Positions 46,310-62,300 of a stretch of 64,000 bases of DNA are shown piece by piece. The DNA comes from Ruditapes philippinarum (taxonomy: Eukaryota): assembly GCF_026571515.1 (NCBI RefSeq), contig NW_026865226.1:1-64000 (forward strand). Reading direction: 5' to 3'. The notes under the pieces are model-generated. The model had not been told where the DNA came from. It saw only the letters and a list, made by a program, of their open reading frames with translations, and searched no databases. Position numbers and translations under genes: made by a program. How positions within the stretch are numbered: position 1 is the first letter of the stretch; each line of letters begins with the position of its first letter.

Positions 46310-49300
46310 GTACGTTGAAATAAATATTTTTTTTGAAACCTGATATCTTGAACGACTCGATATTGAGTCACTCCAGTCAAAAACAACATCACTTAAAGAA
46401 ATCTAGAAAACAAAAACTCTTTTTTTCATTCGAAGGGTCATATTTGTAACGTGTCAAATTATTATATATTTTGATAACATTATATAAATTGTGTTTAAAT
46501 TGATTAACAATGTCATATTGATGAAGAGCAATGTTTTATTTGTTCGGATTTTACCTTTTTTCTCAATCTTAAAACATTTAAATCAGATTGGTTAATAAGG
46601 GCTTTCATTGCCCTCTTGTTAGTTTGAATTTCGATTGATATTTTATTCAGATGAAATTCGACCCATACAAATAGAAAAATGATTAAAATATGTTCAAATG
46701 TACAAGCATGTATGGTGTGATTAAGGCTTGCCTAAATGTTCTTATTTATGATTAAGATTCAACACATAGTCATTTAAAATATTATTACTTATGAACATTT
46801 GCAAAATGATCCTGGCAAAATTCATAACTTGCAATATCCAACAAACAACTAGTCGAAATGAGTCCTAGACAAGTTTATTAACAATGTATAAGGTAATTGA
46901 AAAGAATAATTTAACTGTTTGATTAATTACTATACCTACCTTTATTTCGTATTATCCTTCGCCTATTCAAAGAAAGTAAGTTATAGAAAATGACCATGCT
47001 CGTCCGTCTGTCTGTCCGTCCATCTGCCAGTCTGTCCATACTTTCGATATGGTGCTTAATGTGGTCACAGAATCAATAGAAAACTATACCTTTTTCTCTT
47101 TCATGTCATTTATTTCTTAAAATGCCTACTGACAATAAACAGAACACAATGTTGCAGTGGGCAAGACTTCGAATGGTTTATTGCTGGAGGAATAAACTCT
47201 CTGCTTAAGCCTTAAGATTGCGTACCTAAATTCATGTCTGGCACGACTTACAATTTTAATTTGGTTACAATACATTCATGTGCGTGAGAGTGAATAAGCT
47301 TTTCTCTTTCAACGGAAACATCTCGAATCAGATCTGCATGCTGGACGGAACAAATATATATCCGAAGCGGCACATTTTTTGAAACTAAGTCAAACAGCTT
47401 CACTAAATGTTCTGGCAATAATATATCTTTCCTTTGTACATGACTAGAGTTTGTTCCTTTTGCACATTCAAGCATTCTTATCACCGTAGCATTCTTCCTG
47501 GGATCAGTTTAATCGTTAATTTCATGTTTCTACTTAATTGCGTAGACAGTGTCATTTTTTGTAAATCTGTTATTACATCCAAAAGATACATCGCTACATT
47601 GATAGGATAAGCTAGGAAAGTTTTAAATCCGTGTTTAGAACAAACTCTTTGCATTGTTTAACATGTAAATAATACTTTGAAAAAGTTCCATCCTCTATGG
47701 AATGTAAAATTTGACAAAACAGTATGCCCACTACATTGCCAATGTTTCTCACTGGAACTGTGGTATCCATAATTGCTTTTACGGATTTTGTGTGAGGCGA
47801 ACACCTGAAAATAATAATCACAATGGACAGAAGTTACTGTAATACACGTTTCCATCTTTTATGTGTTTTAGCGTTTATAGTTTGTACAGTTGCACCGCAG
47901 TGTCATCATTCTGAAAGAAAATGTTTCCTTGCTGCAAACGCTGTTGTTTCCGTTGCCCCTACAAACTGCACCTGTAAAGGGTAATACAAACGTATATTCA
48001 ATGAAATCTTTACATATTTCCTGTACATCTACCAATAAAGGCCAAAAGGGTGTAGACTTCACATTTGGAATAATAAGTGGACCAACACCCTTCTTAAACT
48101 ATTGTCTAAGCAACGACGCTTTGTGGTTAGACCATCCATATTTTTTCATTCTTCCACATTTGATCAAAGAAATTAATACCCTCTGTACCAGGTACTCAAC
48201 ATGACGAATTAAATCTCATAGGGTGTAGACCCCATATTTTATTTAAAAACTGAAATACATGATTGCTTACGTACCAGTCATCCGAGTCTAAACATCTACG
48301 TAAATGATCACCTCTACTTCATGTAAGTGCTCTTCACTACTAGCTGACTCAGAAATAAACTTTAAATTTCTGTTGTAAGTATAAACCTTTATACTCTTAT
48401 CACGTTATTTCGGAAAATTGTTTAACAACACCCTATACATTCTCTGATTAGATTATTTTGCATGCCATACGCCGACTTAATGTGATATTTCATATATACT
48501 ATGCGCTTCTAAAACGACTCTTTTGAAAAAAATGCTTCGCTACCGAACCCACAACTACTATGAGCCACTTCCGAGAGTCCGTCTATCCTCGTGTTTTATA
48601 CTTAAGAATTTTAACCTGACTCCACTTCCGGTTATACTATTAGTGTTAACTTCCGGATACAATTTTGTTCAGTCTACCACTTAAGTCTTGCTGTTCAAGA
48701 CTTACCCTGGACAAACTCAAGTTCACTTCCGGGGACCTATTTCTGAAGTTTTCTACTGAAGGCTTACGGTACAAGTTTCTCACCCTGTATGCTTTGTTTG
48801 AATCCACTTCCCAGGATCCCTTGCTCGAGTCTACATCTGGAGACTCAATGTTAACCACGTCCGGGAGCAACAGATTCGAATTCACTGCTTTCTTAAAATC
48901 CATACCTACGTGGTCATCAAATGTTTGGGCATACTTACTTCTTGTATATAATTCCTTGCTAAGATTGAGTATAAAATTCATTCTAGTATTTAATTAGTCT
49001 TTTATACAACGCTTTATTTTAAACTTTTATAGATACAAAATACAAAAGTATTTGTATACACACAGTCGAAGTCATTACATGTTATACAATGATTAAAAAT
49101 AGTAAATAAAGATCATGGTTTATACATTGTTAAAGCACTTAAATTTATGATATATCATTGTATATACATTTTAACATTCATCGTCGGATACCCACAATTG
49201 ATAAACATGTTACATAACCTGTAATCAACCGTGGGCAAAAATTAAATGAATCAAATGTCATTGATATAAAGCAACAGGTGCGTAAAATATCGACCAATGA

Positions 49301-52300
49301 AATCCTTTTTAGCAAAAGTTTTATTCTTCGACAGCAAAGGAAAACAACTACATGTATCAAAAACAAAGAAGCAGCGCCCACGGTGTAAATCTTTTTCACA
49401 TGTCTTGCCAATATAAAAGGCAAATTGAATACTATTCCCAAACTAAATTATTCCACAAGCAGAGAGCACAATAATAATATAGTAATATTTTTATAGAATT
49501 AACGTTTTACCAAACGTCGTATAATACGAGCGTTTCGATTGGTTTTAGTCTCCTCATGAAATCGTTATATATATTTAATATAACACACCTCGTAAAAAGC
49601 GAAACAAAAAGGGAAGAAAGTGGGGCGGTTGGTGGTCGTACAGAAAGCAACGCAACGCAAGCGATTCTATGAATGTGAATATCATATTTTATCATTTTTT
49701 CTTTCTCTGTACAGGACAGGAATAATTTTAAATTAACAAATTTTTGACTCCCTTTTATCACAGATAAACAGTTACTTATACTTGAATACAACAACTCTTT
49801 GTAGTACACCTTCAAGCAGACCATGTTAGATTTGACCTTTAAGATTTGTTTGAATTTTGCTAGCTATAACTATATTATTAATCACTGGGTTGTCTTAATA
49901 TCTAGGAACAACAATCATGTTAGGCATACCTATTATGAATGACCTCTTCTTTGAAATCATATTTCTGAATTTTGCTATATTTTCGCTATTATTGTCTGTG
50001 ATTTTGTTATTTTCGGATAATTAAACAAAAGCAGTTTGTGGGCAATGTCTTAAACAAGATTAAGTTTGTCATTGGCCCATTAACGGTCAAACTATAGACA
50101 TATCACCGTTTAAGTTTATAAGAAATAAATGGATTCCCCTTTTACTTAGGCACACCAATGCTTTGGACAAGACGAGAATATTCAATAAAACTTGAACTTC
50201 TCTTTTTATTTGACCATTACATTTTATGTCAAATTAGTGAAAATAGAATAATTGGCCATAGCAATGTTACTTATTTTTGGATTTGATTTATACTTCCAAA
50301 AACACTTGTGACAAAACAGGCTTGTTTAATAACATAAGTATGACCTTAATCTTTAAACGACCTTGACTAGTGAGGTCTAATTTTAAAAATTAAGCTAAAA
50401 TAAACAATACATTATTATTTTTACGGATTTCGTACATATTTGAACAAAATACTTTTTTGATGAACCGACATTTTGTAGATAATAAAATGACCTTGTCCTT
50501 CAAGCTCAAAAATTCAAAAATTGTTTTACTTATTTACAGAGTTGATTCATTCGTAGATAAAACGACACAAACGGTTAAACTTATTTGATGAATATTTCAA
50601 ATATGACCCGAGCCTTAAATGACCGTGAAAACAGGGTCATATTATTGAATTTTGCTGACCATTAAATGGTCATGATTCATGCTTAAACTGACAAACGCAA
50701 ACTTGTGAATAATTGAAATATGACCTCGACCCATAAATGACATTGACCTCAAAGGATGAATAATTAATATTTGCTAACTTGTTTAAATATTATGTTATTT
50801 TTTTACAGATTCGACCCATAAGAACATTTACGCACAAACCGAAATGTTGAATAATTCAAATATGACCTTAACCATAGATGTCAAATTATCAAATTTAGTC
50901 CAAGTCTCTGTTTTGGGGTATTTATTTATAACATAGATTTATGCTTGGACAAAAACGCATAAAGCACAATACATGTATTGAAAAGATAAAATGAACACGG
51001 CTGTTTATGTCAAATAATGGTATTTGTCTGTCACGTGTTTTTTACTGTTTTGATTTATATTTTGACAAAAAAACTCTCATTGCAAAACTGACATGCCATA
51101 TTTATCAAGTTTGACCTAGACCTCAGACTAATATTGAACGTTTAAATGTGTTTAAGTGTTTATATTTTGCATAAATTTCTATTACTGTGTTATTAATTAT
51201 AATTGACAAAATTGATTCGTACTGGTCCCTCGATATGTTTCATGTTTAGGTATAACCTTGATGTGTAAATGAAAGACCTTGTTTGTGAAGGTCATATATG
51301 TATTTTTAATCATATTCAATAAATGAAAATGATGTTTTCTCGGCGAATGCTTTACTCCAATATTCATCTTCTTAAGTTTTTGATTTAGAAATATTGGTGA
51401 TTGCTCGTGTAAAGATATCGCAGTATCATGTTAAAGTCATAAATGTAAATATTTTGAAAATAACAAACGATTGTGTAGAGTCAGAAAATGTTAAATATTT
51501 AGATGTAGAATTGCACATTTAACAGGATATTTATTTCAAATGATTAGATAAATGGTCAATACCAATTAAGGATGATGCGGATCTGGTGGAAAATTCTTAA
51601 GCTAATGGAACATGAGTTTCCATCATGTTTTTGAGGCACATATCTATTAACATTTGAAATAACAAATTCTAATATTTAATTTAATTTTATCCATCAAAAC
51701 GATATCACCATTTGAATAAATTGATCAAAATACTAGTTATTTGCATTAAGATATCTATTCATTCAGTTTCTACTTTCTTATAAACATTTGAACATTTTAA
51801 GGGAATGCGGTACAGATAAAAAAGTGAAAGTTGCAGGACGTATCCAAAGCAACGATAGCAGGTATTCGTAAGTGCCAACTATATTTTACTTTAGAATTGT
51901 AAAACATTAACACTGAATATATCTTTTGTAAAGTACGAGACATATCATAATATCATGCATGTAATTGATTTACAAATTATATATATTGCGTAGCAAAAAA
52001 AAGAAGGTTATGATTTCTTTTCTTGTACTGTGCTCATTCTTAAGTAGAATATTTTAATCACAGAAATGTATTTAAATCTATAAAATTATTACTTAATATG
52101 TCTAATGTGAAAAAAAGAATGAATAAACTATGTATTAGAAGCTGAGTTCTCTATAACGAGATAAGTGAAGTTCACTGTTGATACTTTTCTTGAAGAAACT
52201 GCTAGTTTTTAACGACATTATATACCGGTATTCCTTTTGTATCAACATATAAAGTTTTAAACATAACATATCTACTTCATGTGAAGTCAATGACATGTTT

Positions 52301-53295
52301 AGGTTATTTTGACAAAGAGACTGTGCAGAATTTACCAATATTTTTAATGTCAAATTTGATCATAATATACATGTATCTTTACATATTATTTGGTGCTTTC
52401 TTTAAGTTTTTCTCGACGACGAGGAACTGAAAGGAATAGAACAAAGACAGAGACACCACGAGAATCTAGCAGGTAAATATAACATTTTTAGTTCATTTAT
52501 TTGTATTAATGTAATATTCAGAAAGTTGCTTGGTCCTATAACCATTGCTGTGTACTTAATAGAGACTACTGAATTTTTATACAGACAGAATGAAAAACGC
52601 TATCATTGATTTTATTAACATTTGTATGGCTTTAGAATATTGTCAATAAATTATGTTTAGCAAAAAGGAAATTATAAGTTTTCTTTCAATAAACGACAAA
52701 AGCATAGTTCAATTTCAGAAATTATATTTTTGTATACTAAGGATCAAATAAGTTATAAATCAAATATATAAAAAGCACATATAAATAAATTACCTGTGTG
52801 TGATAATTTATATGTCATCTTCAAATACAATCCGAAATGCTTTGTCAGTCTGTGTGTACAATAATCATTCAAAGATGATTTTTCCATAAAGCCAAACCAA
52901 AGGCGAAACTTAAGGAAACAAAGCATTTGCATGTGGTCAAATACTTTAGGATTCGATTTCAGGTCTGTCGCTCATCCACTTCCTGTTTACCGACATTAAT
53001 GGTATGTTTTCGTAGCAATTTATTTAGCAACTACTTACTCTCTTGATATTTGGTATACAACATTGAAACGTGGTCGTCCTATACTGTGATGTTGATTTCA
53101 GGTCTGTCACTCATTCACATATTGTTTAACAACTTAGTTAAATGTTCGACAAATTTTCGACATTAATCGTGAATGGTAGACAATTTTCGTAACATCACAG
53201 CCACATGATATTTGGTGTACAACGGGTGTGCAGCCCTGCCATTTCTATCTTTGACCCATTTTTTATCCTTATTCTCGTTTAATTTTTTTTTTTGA

Positions 53296-53332
<37 letters not shown>

Positions 53333-56300
53333 AGAAATATTTCTATTTCTCTCAAAACAACAGCGTATCGAATGAAAGACATAAATACATTTTTTTTGTA
53401 ACATAGCTATTCTGGCTACACGCTTAGAAGTATCAATGGAAGAATTGGAAATGGTTTTCAGCTCCTCAGCAACAAACACATTTAATTCCAACTGATCATA
53501 TGTTACAGAACCTGTGACATACTAAAAATGGAGGCCAGGATGAGGATATTGTTGTCTGTTTACAACTTCATTTCCAGCTTTAGCCTAAATTCCAGACTTT
53601 GTTTTGTTTTTATTAAGTAATCTTAACATCATCTGAACTTTCAGAAGAACTTGATCAATTATTTTGACATGCTTTTTCAAATTAGCATGGTAAAAATTCA
53701 AAATAAAACTTGATTCTCATTCAAATACAAATGTATATCTATAACTATTTTGAGAATTTGGGATATAACTTTACGACGTAATTTTTCTTTTTTTTTTTTC
53801 TCAGATCTTTTATAGAAACTTGTTTAAAAGTAACATCAGTTGTTGGCTGAATGATCTTTTTATCACTATTTTGGAACAAATAACCTTATCTCTCAACTAA
53901 TTAATGTTTTTTTTTAAAACTTTTTATGATAATCGTCTCCTCAATTCCTCTGCTTCTGACAACTGTCAATTTCTTTTCTTTCCCCTGCAGAAATGATAAT
54001 TCCTATCACATTTGAAGATAATTCACAACGTCCCTGCTATCATCTCACATTTATTTGTTTTTGTACAGGCAGTTTTTCTGAATCCTCACTGGCAACTCCA
54101 GTCTGTAGCTGCATATCATCAAGGATTCCTGGACATTAGTTCCGAACTCATTTAACTGACGATACATGTAATTAGCTATTAACTAATTATTCTTGCCTCT
54201 CTAGGGTAGCGACTTATATGTACCGTATCTGTCTCCTTGTACGCATTTAACCCGAAGTTATGCTAATTACTACGTAGTAATTTTCGAAGAACGTCCACAC
54301 AAAAATTGTTAATTACAAAAACGAGCAAATCAAAAATCCTGAATCGTCTGGTGAACAAGACATGCCAGTTCATTTACAAAATTAAATTTCAGTAAAGTCG
54401 GAAAAATTTTCTGTAAATCAGATCAAAATGTCAATTATTTCTAAAGTATGTGATCCTTCGACTACAAAATACAGAATGACATTTTTTTCCAGATGAAAAA
54501 AAAGAAAATATTTTACCGCCAATGATATAAGCCGTTAATGAAACGTTTTTATACCAATCTGGTGCATCAATAAATTTAGATTAAAGAAAAGATTTGATTT
54601 TTTGTTAAGGTCATACAACTTGATAAAAAAAGTTATTTTTAGATAAAAAATAAACAAGATAAGGGGTTTCCGATCTTAAAACTAAATAATCTGCCTTTGA
54701 ATTTATGGTTTTTTTATGTCGTTGTTGCTATAACTATTGTTGTGTAAATGATAATTACTTAATGGGGATAAACTGAATTTGCATGACTTTAGAATATGAT
54801 CAAAAATTATTTTAGAAAAAACAGGTTAGGCTTCTTCGATCTTGAAATTAATTAATCTGCTTCTGAATTTATGCTTATTTTATGTCATTTCAAGGGCATA
54901 TGACTTAAAGTTTTAAACAATAGTTAAGACATTGCTCATTTTAATTTTTTATTATATACCCGTAAAATAAGCAATATGTGTTAAAAAAATATAACACCGT
55001 TATATGTTATTCTTATCACATTTTTGTATAGATCATACATTTTTTTTCGTATCATTGAAAATATAATAACATTCTATCATTTTATAAAATTGACTTCAGT
55101 TTCTTGCACCATGACAGTTATGTTTCCAATGATGAATCATTGCATAAACAATCACCTTATTATTCGATTTAAATCAGGACTACATTTTTGCCAAAGACCG
55201 CCTCCGTGGTCGAGGGGTTAGAGTCGATGACTTCTAATCCAGTTACCTCTCTGGCGTGGGTTCGATCCCCGGGATTGCTTTGGTATTTTTGCGCGGGGAA
55301 AGGTATTTATACAAAACCCCAGGACAATGGTTTTGGAAACACCCGCCTATATGACTGAAATACTGTTTGATAAAGGCGTAAAATCAAACAAACAAACAAA
55401 CAAACATTTTTGCCAAAATAAAAACATACATCGTCATAAAAAATTACTATTTTTTCCGGAAGGGAAAGGGTTTTAAAAGCGAAGTGAATGGAAAATAGAA
55501 AAATTGAAAGAAAACTGAATCGCAATGAAAAAAAAACTATATACGAAAAATTTAATTATAAACATCAGTTTTTGCAGGGAAAGAAAAAAAATCCCACTAA
55601 AAAAACAGTTTAAAAAGAAATGAACAGGTAGACAGGTACGACAGTTTTCCTTATGACGATAAAAATATTTCAATTATGAATAAGAACAAAAAAATGTATT
55701 TTTTAAATGTAAGATATCATTTCTTGATACAAGAATCAGACCTTTGAGCTATTGGGGGATTATAAAAGACACAGACATGAGTCTTTCACTTGAACAATAT
55801 CCAATAGAAATTACATGTTGATAAAAAATAGTTCTATTAAAACGTTTAGGTATATGTCTTGATATATAAATTTTCTTTTTCAGAATCATAACACATCTTG
55901 AAATGACAAGGTAAAACACATATTACACTTAACTTTAATTTCCTGAATATATCTTAACACACATATTTTATCAGCTTGTGAATTCATTGCGTACAAAATA
56001 ATTTACACATTAATGAGTTGATTCTTGTAAAGGAAATACTATGAAATGATGTGTTGCCTTTATGGTTCATTCTTGTTATTTCACATGTCAGCTGTATATT
56101 TCAGAGGCATGAGTAGCGTAAAAGGCAAATCCAAATTTAAACTCGTACAAAATGTCACAGAGAATGTACAACGTGAAGCTAAAGCAAGGTAATTCTTCCT
56201 ACTTACCAATATATTTCTAGTAGCTCTGTAAACAGAATTTTTATATTAAAGTTTGCTTTCCTAACTTAATATCAACTGTATGCATATTTTATTCGTATAA

Positions 56301-59300
56301 CTACCTCATATCAATATAGAGAATTTTGCCTTTTGTGATATAATTAATTGATTTCATAGTATAATCGCAGAGGTATAGTTTGATAATAATTGATAATAAT
56401 TGTTTTACATATTGACGACAATTTTGCTTTATTTACTAATAAGTAACATGGTATAAAACAACCGTTAAAAATAAGTCATTGGCGACATACACTTGCTTTG
56501 CATAGTTATAGTTATTAATGGTCTGAAAATATCACAGAAACTAAAAGATCGGTATCTGTTGTTAACAATGCAATTAATAATAATAGGTTGGGTATGCATT
56601 ATTCAATACAAAGGATATTAGAATAATCGGAACAAATTTGTTTCATTGTTTATTGTTCCTGAAATTTGAAAATTATGTCTCAAAAAATACATGATTACCT
56701 CCCAGCAAGTAATTATGAGAGTTCTATAATTATTAAAATGAAAATTATTTAAAACATTACACTAGAAGGAAATTCTGATATATTTAATTCTGATGTATTT
56801 TCGATAAGTAATTTATGTAATGTTTTAAAGAAAACAACAAAAACCTGGATTACTTACAGTAACCCAGCAAAACAATGACAACAGTCTACAAAATTCTTAA
56901 ACTTCCATCAACTACATATAAAATAGTTTAATAACTACTTATTAACATCAAAAAGGGGGCGTATGAGCTCATTATTATATTGTTGATTGCTTGTTAATGT
57001 CAAGCACACTTTTGATACAAGTTTTTTAAAGTGGGGGTTTCCGGCTTTTTTTTTTCAAAATTTAAATGTGAAACTTACAAAGATTACCAAACATTTCAAC
57101 ATTTCATAAAGATAGTTAAAACTGCATGCCTCCAGATGATCTAAACGTTTTCAAAATAATTAAACTTGAAAAAATATACTATGACTTCATGAAAATTAAA
57201 AGGATTCAAGAGATGGTTTGCATGTTTTGTTCAATTAATGACTGATTTTGCTGTATTTGTCACCACATTGATACTGCATTACTTATACAATACTTTCTTT
57301 TTTGGCATATTTTGACCGCTTTCTTGTTATCTACCTTGCCTGTAAGTGTTGTTTGCAATGTGTAATTAATTTCTTTGTAAATTTCATTAACTTAAGCATA
57401 AATCTGGAGGCATGCTGCTTTTATTCGAAGATAAGTAACGTTCAGCCCTTAATATATCTTATATATTCAATTAATAAGCAAATTCAGTATGTTGAGTCTT
57501 TTCTTATCAATATATGAGATGATAAATTTTATGTTGGTAAAAGTTTTGCACAAATTTAGTCTATTCTCGTCTATATCTTAGAATGAAAAAAGTCACTACA
57601 TGCCTAGAGAAGTTAAAAGTGCAAATAGACGCAAAACAATTTGACGCTCTAGAATTTCAAAAGCTAGGAGGAAGTCATGACGAGAAACAAATAAAGTCTT
57701 GTTTGGAAGATATTTGCATGAAAGTAAAAAACATTCATGATACAGGTAAATGGTAGGTGTCGTTTTTGTCTATAAACATTTTCTAGGACCTTTGGAATAT
57801 TTTCGATAAAGCGTTTGTTTCTTCAGAATTTTTGTTACAGAAAGTTAACAATATTGTTATTATATTGAAAAAAATAAAGCGTGCAGCTATATACGAGGAT
57901 CAAAATCCTCAACCACAATTCGTCTGTAACAATATTTAAGCTCAAATGTTAAATGTCTTATCCTACCAATTGAACGGTGGTAAAGAGATGAGTGTACGTT
58001 CGCTTGATTTGACCTCAAGCAATGACGCCCAACAGGCGGGTTACCTTTCTTGTTTCAAATGGCTACACAGAAATGATGGTTGTATGAATCCTTAGCACGT
58101 AATTCTTCTATTAGATATCAACAACCCTACAAGATTTCACCCGTCTTATGAAAAGACTTAATGATACGCTCTGCGATATGACATGTCCATTTCTTTTTTA
58201 TATTATAAAACGTTTTAATCGCATAAATTTATATGCATTTGTATATTTTTTTCCTAGGCTGAATGACATTCAGAAAATATTGAAAACAGAAATATCATCT
58301 CTTAAGAATGAAATTTCTCATTTTTGGGATACGGATGAACCTGCACTTGATTATGTCCAAGGGAACCATCCAAAATTAGTGAAAGACATACTTGATGCAA
58401 GACATATGCTGAATCAAAAGAAAAAAGAAGTTGCAAAGGAAGCATCAAAGAGGTAAATTTTTCTATAAAATGTTTTTTCATATTGTTTAATATACCGCCA
58501 TATTGTTATAGTATGACCTTTGCAAAGTTTAAAGAGTATTGTAGAATTCAAATGAATATTGTATAATTATCAATTATTTTATTATTTACATACTTGTGTT
58601 TCTATCACGTACTTTAAATTTACAAATAACCGTTTTCTTAATATATTCATGAATAGACGTAGTTGCGATTTATTAACATGACCAATGGCCACGTCGGGTA
58701 TTGATTAAAAACAGAAAAATGTGACTGCAAATACCGTTTAAAATTTATTAAGTTTTTGTTTAATTCAAATTGTTCAATTGTTTTTGGAATGATTTCATGA
58801 CATTTATGCTTTGTATAATTCTTTTATGTACTGTTCTATATAAAGTTTTGATAATAATATAAAAAAATGGCTCAAGGACAAAAAAGACCGTGTTGCATTT
58901 GTATACCAAAAATCATTAGGCTCAAAAATTAACTAAGATGGTAAACAGGGAGTGAATGACTGACAGACCAGAAATTGAATCCTACGGTATTGGACTACGT
59001 GTTATCTGTATACCAAATATCAAGATACTGTGATAAGTAGAAAAAATGTTACGAAAATTTCCTACCATTGACCATTAAAATCGAAAATTTAACAGGAAAT
59101 GGTTGAGCGGCAGACCTGAAATCGAATTCCAAGGTATGGGACTATATGTGTATGCTGTATATCAAATATTAATTGACTGATAGCAATCTCGTAAGGTTTT
59201 AATGACATCGTACAAATTTGGCAATACCATGATTTTGTATGCAATTGCTACGAAAACTGAAAAATATGTTTTAAATTGTTTATTTGTTAATGTAGTAAAA

Positions 59301-62300
59301 TAAATAGAAACTTATATCAAGTTCTAGTTATGCCTTGCAAGATGCAACTTCATTAAGTGAGGCACTTTGTGTAACCTTGTTTTCTTGCAGAAATTTTCTT
59401 GACATATTTTTGGTTAATAATTATTGTACACAAAATGAATTTTTAACGTCTGCCCATTAATTGCTGTGCGGAGAAATACGATATTCCAGAAATGCTTAAT
59501 ATAATTCCGTGTTTGTCTCGAGGCATATTTTCATTGATCGTTTGGCTAGGTATGTGTCCTTAACACAATAACGGGATAGTTTATCCGATTTGGGAGGGTT
59601 TCTAACTCTGATTTACTTTCTGAGGCCTCTTCAATACTTTACACTGTCATATGTCAGTGAATGACCAAAGAATTTAAGGTTTTGACAGCTGATTAAACAT
59701 TTGTCTTGGAGAAACAGTAAACACTTTACAACTGCTCGGGCCAAACGCGTGTCATGTTTGCATCATGCTCTTCGATGTTTGTGCAATTGCATAAAGATCG
59801 TCTACTTATGACATAAGACCAACCACGTCCTTTTAATATTCGTCAATTATTTTGAACAAAAATATCTCATTGGAACTGTTTATCCCCATTGGAAAGAGAA
59901 CATATCGGTATCTACCGAAGTTTCTATTTAATGCCGTCAAGACTGAGGATTTGGCGGTCATTGTTTTATCAATATCCTTTCATCGCGTTCAATACACGGA
60001 AGTTTTAAGCACCTGTTAATTGGTTTGTTATGCCTTTTATAATTGTCATTGGTTAAAGGGTTTGAAAATACAGACATTACGTGCTTTTAGGTCTAATCAT
60101 GCCATCAGCTCTCCATTGCTTGTTTTCTCCAAACAGACCTATAAATTTATCAATTCAGTCAGTCAAGTAAACATTTGGATACAACATTTCAATTCATTTT
60201 ATCAATAAACGGTTCTGTAAGGCATTGGCGGACATACCACATGTATAGCTTCTGGTTTTTAAATGTAAACTACATGTTCATTTGGTTACAAGCCTATGCC
60301 TTTGCATACATCATTGTAATTAGTCAAGCCTTTTGTTTTTCAAGGGTAACAGATTGTTTGTCTACGGATTCTATGTATTATCATTGCGTTCTATCTAGGA
60401 CCATCCAGAGAACATGGCATAAGTTTATGTTTTCATTGTCATTGATCGTTTGGATAGACAGGTCACAATGTTAACGGAACAATCCTGTAGGTTTAAGCGC
60501 TTCCGCATCATCTGCGTTTTAGGCTTGGTGAACGTCCTTGTCTGCCAACCTTCCATGCATCCTTGAGTATTTCATATTTTTAACAGTTTTCACTGATTTC
60601 ACTGATTTGTTTGATTGTAATTCTGAACCCTCATTTATAATCTATTCTCGTACTTTCAACGAATTTTTCCGACAGAATTGTGCGGTGCCGTATCGTTTCA
60701 TTTGCGTGTTTAAAACAACAGTCTCGTGCACAAGCTTCTAGACAAGAAAAAATTTATTCTTGTAAACTTGTATCTTGTGAATATTGGATACTTTGCTTGT
60801 ACAAAAAGGCAACATATTTTAATAAAATGTTTTACGAGACCACCGACCGTATTTTTAAAGATATGACATAAAAGTTAATTTTAGAGCTTTTATTTTTATC
60901 TTTTATTTGCCCGTCGACCTCTCTTACTCACTTCTGTTGAAATTTAAAGTTTAATAACATGGAATGGTACACTTTTTCACTTTACACGTTAACGTTTCAC
61001 TTTGTATTTGTTACCGATTCGTAACAGTATAACTTTGGTAAAGCAACGGAACTTACTAAATCTGAGCCTTTGAACTTTAAAATCAAGACACAAAAGGTGG
61101 AACAAAAGGGAAGGGCGATAACTTAACAAGCTTAAATCAAATATACCCTTGGCGAATATCACGCGACACCGGGTCACGGAAGTTCGCATAATACAACTAT
61201 GGCAATTTGTAAAATAACAAAAACAAGAAGACCATGTAATCACACAAGTGCTAGCCTACTAAGCTGTTACAACACACAGCCGGTAATTACCATCCGTTAC
61301 ACAATTTGATCTGAAGTCATCTCCGCGTTCAGAACAGTGATGAATAATGGACAAGGGATCAAAGGTATCAAAATAATCGAAGGACTTCGACATGTTTACG
61401 GTAATATTTTCTCGATTCAACACAGAATATGAGAAAACTTCAAGAAACATTAAAATTTCGACCCGTGTTTATGTTTTATAAAGAAATTTATAGGGGAATA
61501 AATCTGGACTTCCATTTTACTTTGACATACCGAGAAAATCGTGTAATCGAAATTTGACTCGTATGTGTTCTACTGAGAACTGATTGTGGTAAATGTTTAT
61601 TATGAATCTTTGAAAACAATTGATTTATTTATGCTACGAAAATGATACATTCCTAAAAGTTGTTTGGAGGAATTCTTTTTTAATTGTCGTCGTTTCTTGT
61701 TGAAATGCAAGGCTTCTTTATACTTGTACGGTACGCAGTCATCTATAACATTTATTAAGTTTATAAATGATATCATGTTAGGGAGTTATGTGTATTTTTA
61801 GACGTCTTGTTTACTTGATTTATACTTAATAAATTGGCCTGTTTTTAGTATGTAAGATTTTGAGCATTAGTCCTCTAAGATCTAAAAAAATTGCCTGTAA
61901 TAAAACTCCAACTTTGTAACAATGTATGCCATTTGATTTTCCATAGACAGTCTGTGGCTTTCATTTTAATCCATAATTTGAAATACGAATAATTTTCCGA
62001 AATTTCAAAATTTCTGCATATGCGGACCTAAGGACTTTTCAAACTGACATTGTACAATATGTTTGTACCCTTGTGGCTGGTTAAGATAGCTGACTTCAAA
62101 TCCTCTGCCTGTGATAATGTGGACAGGAACTTTGGAATGCAGTTTCTTTTTCTTCAGTTAGCTTATAATAAGTTGGTGGTTCTACCTGGTTGCAAGCTTG
62201 TGTCAGTAAAGCTTAAGAGTTACAATACGACCTTTTCTTGCATAGCAGACTGGCGTTTCCGTGAGGTTTTACCAATGCCGAAAATTTCATTTGTCATAGG

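Noticed and set aside
57745-57752. Donor ACAG|GTAAAT at 57745 as the exon end
   Set aside because: It gives phase 1, incompatible with the next exon; the donor after 57752 keeps the frame. It may still be a minor alternative site.
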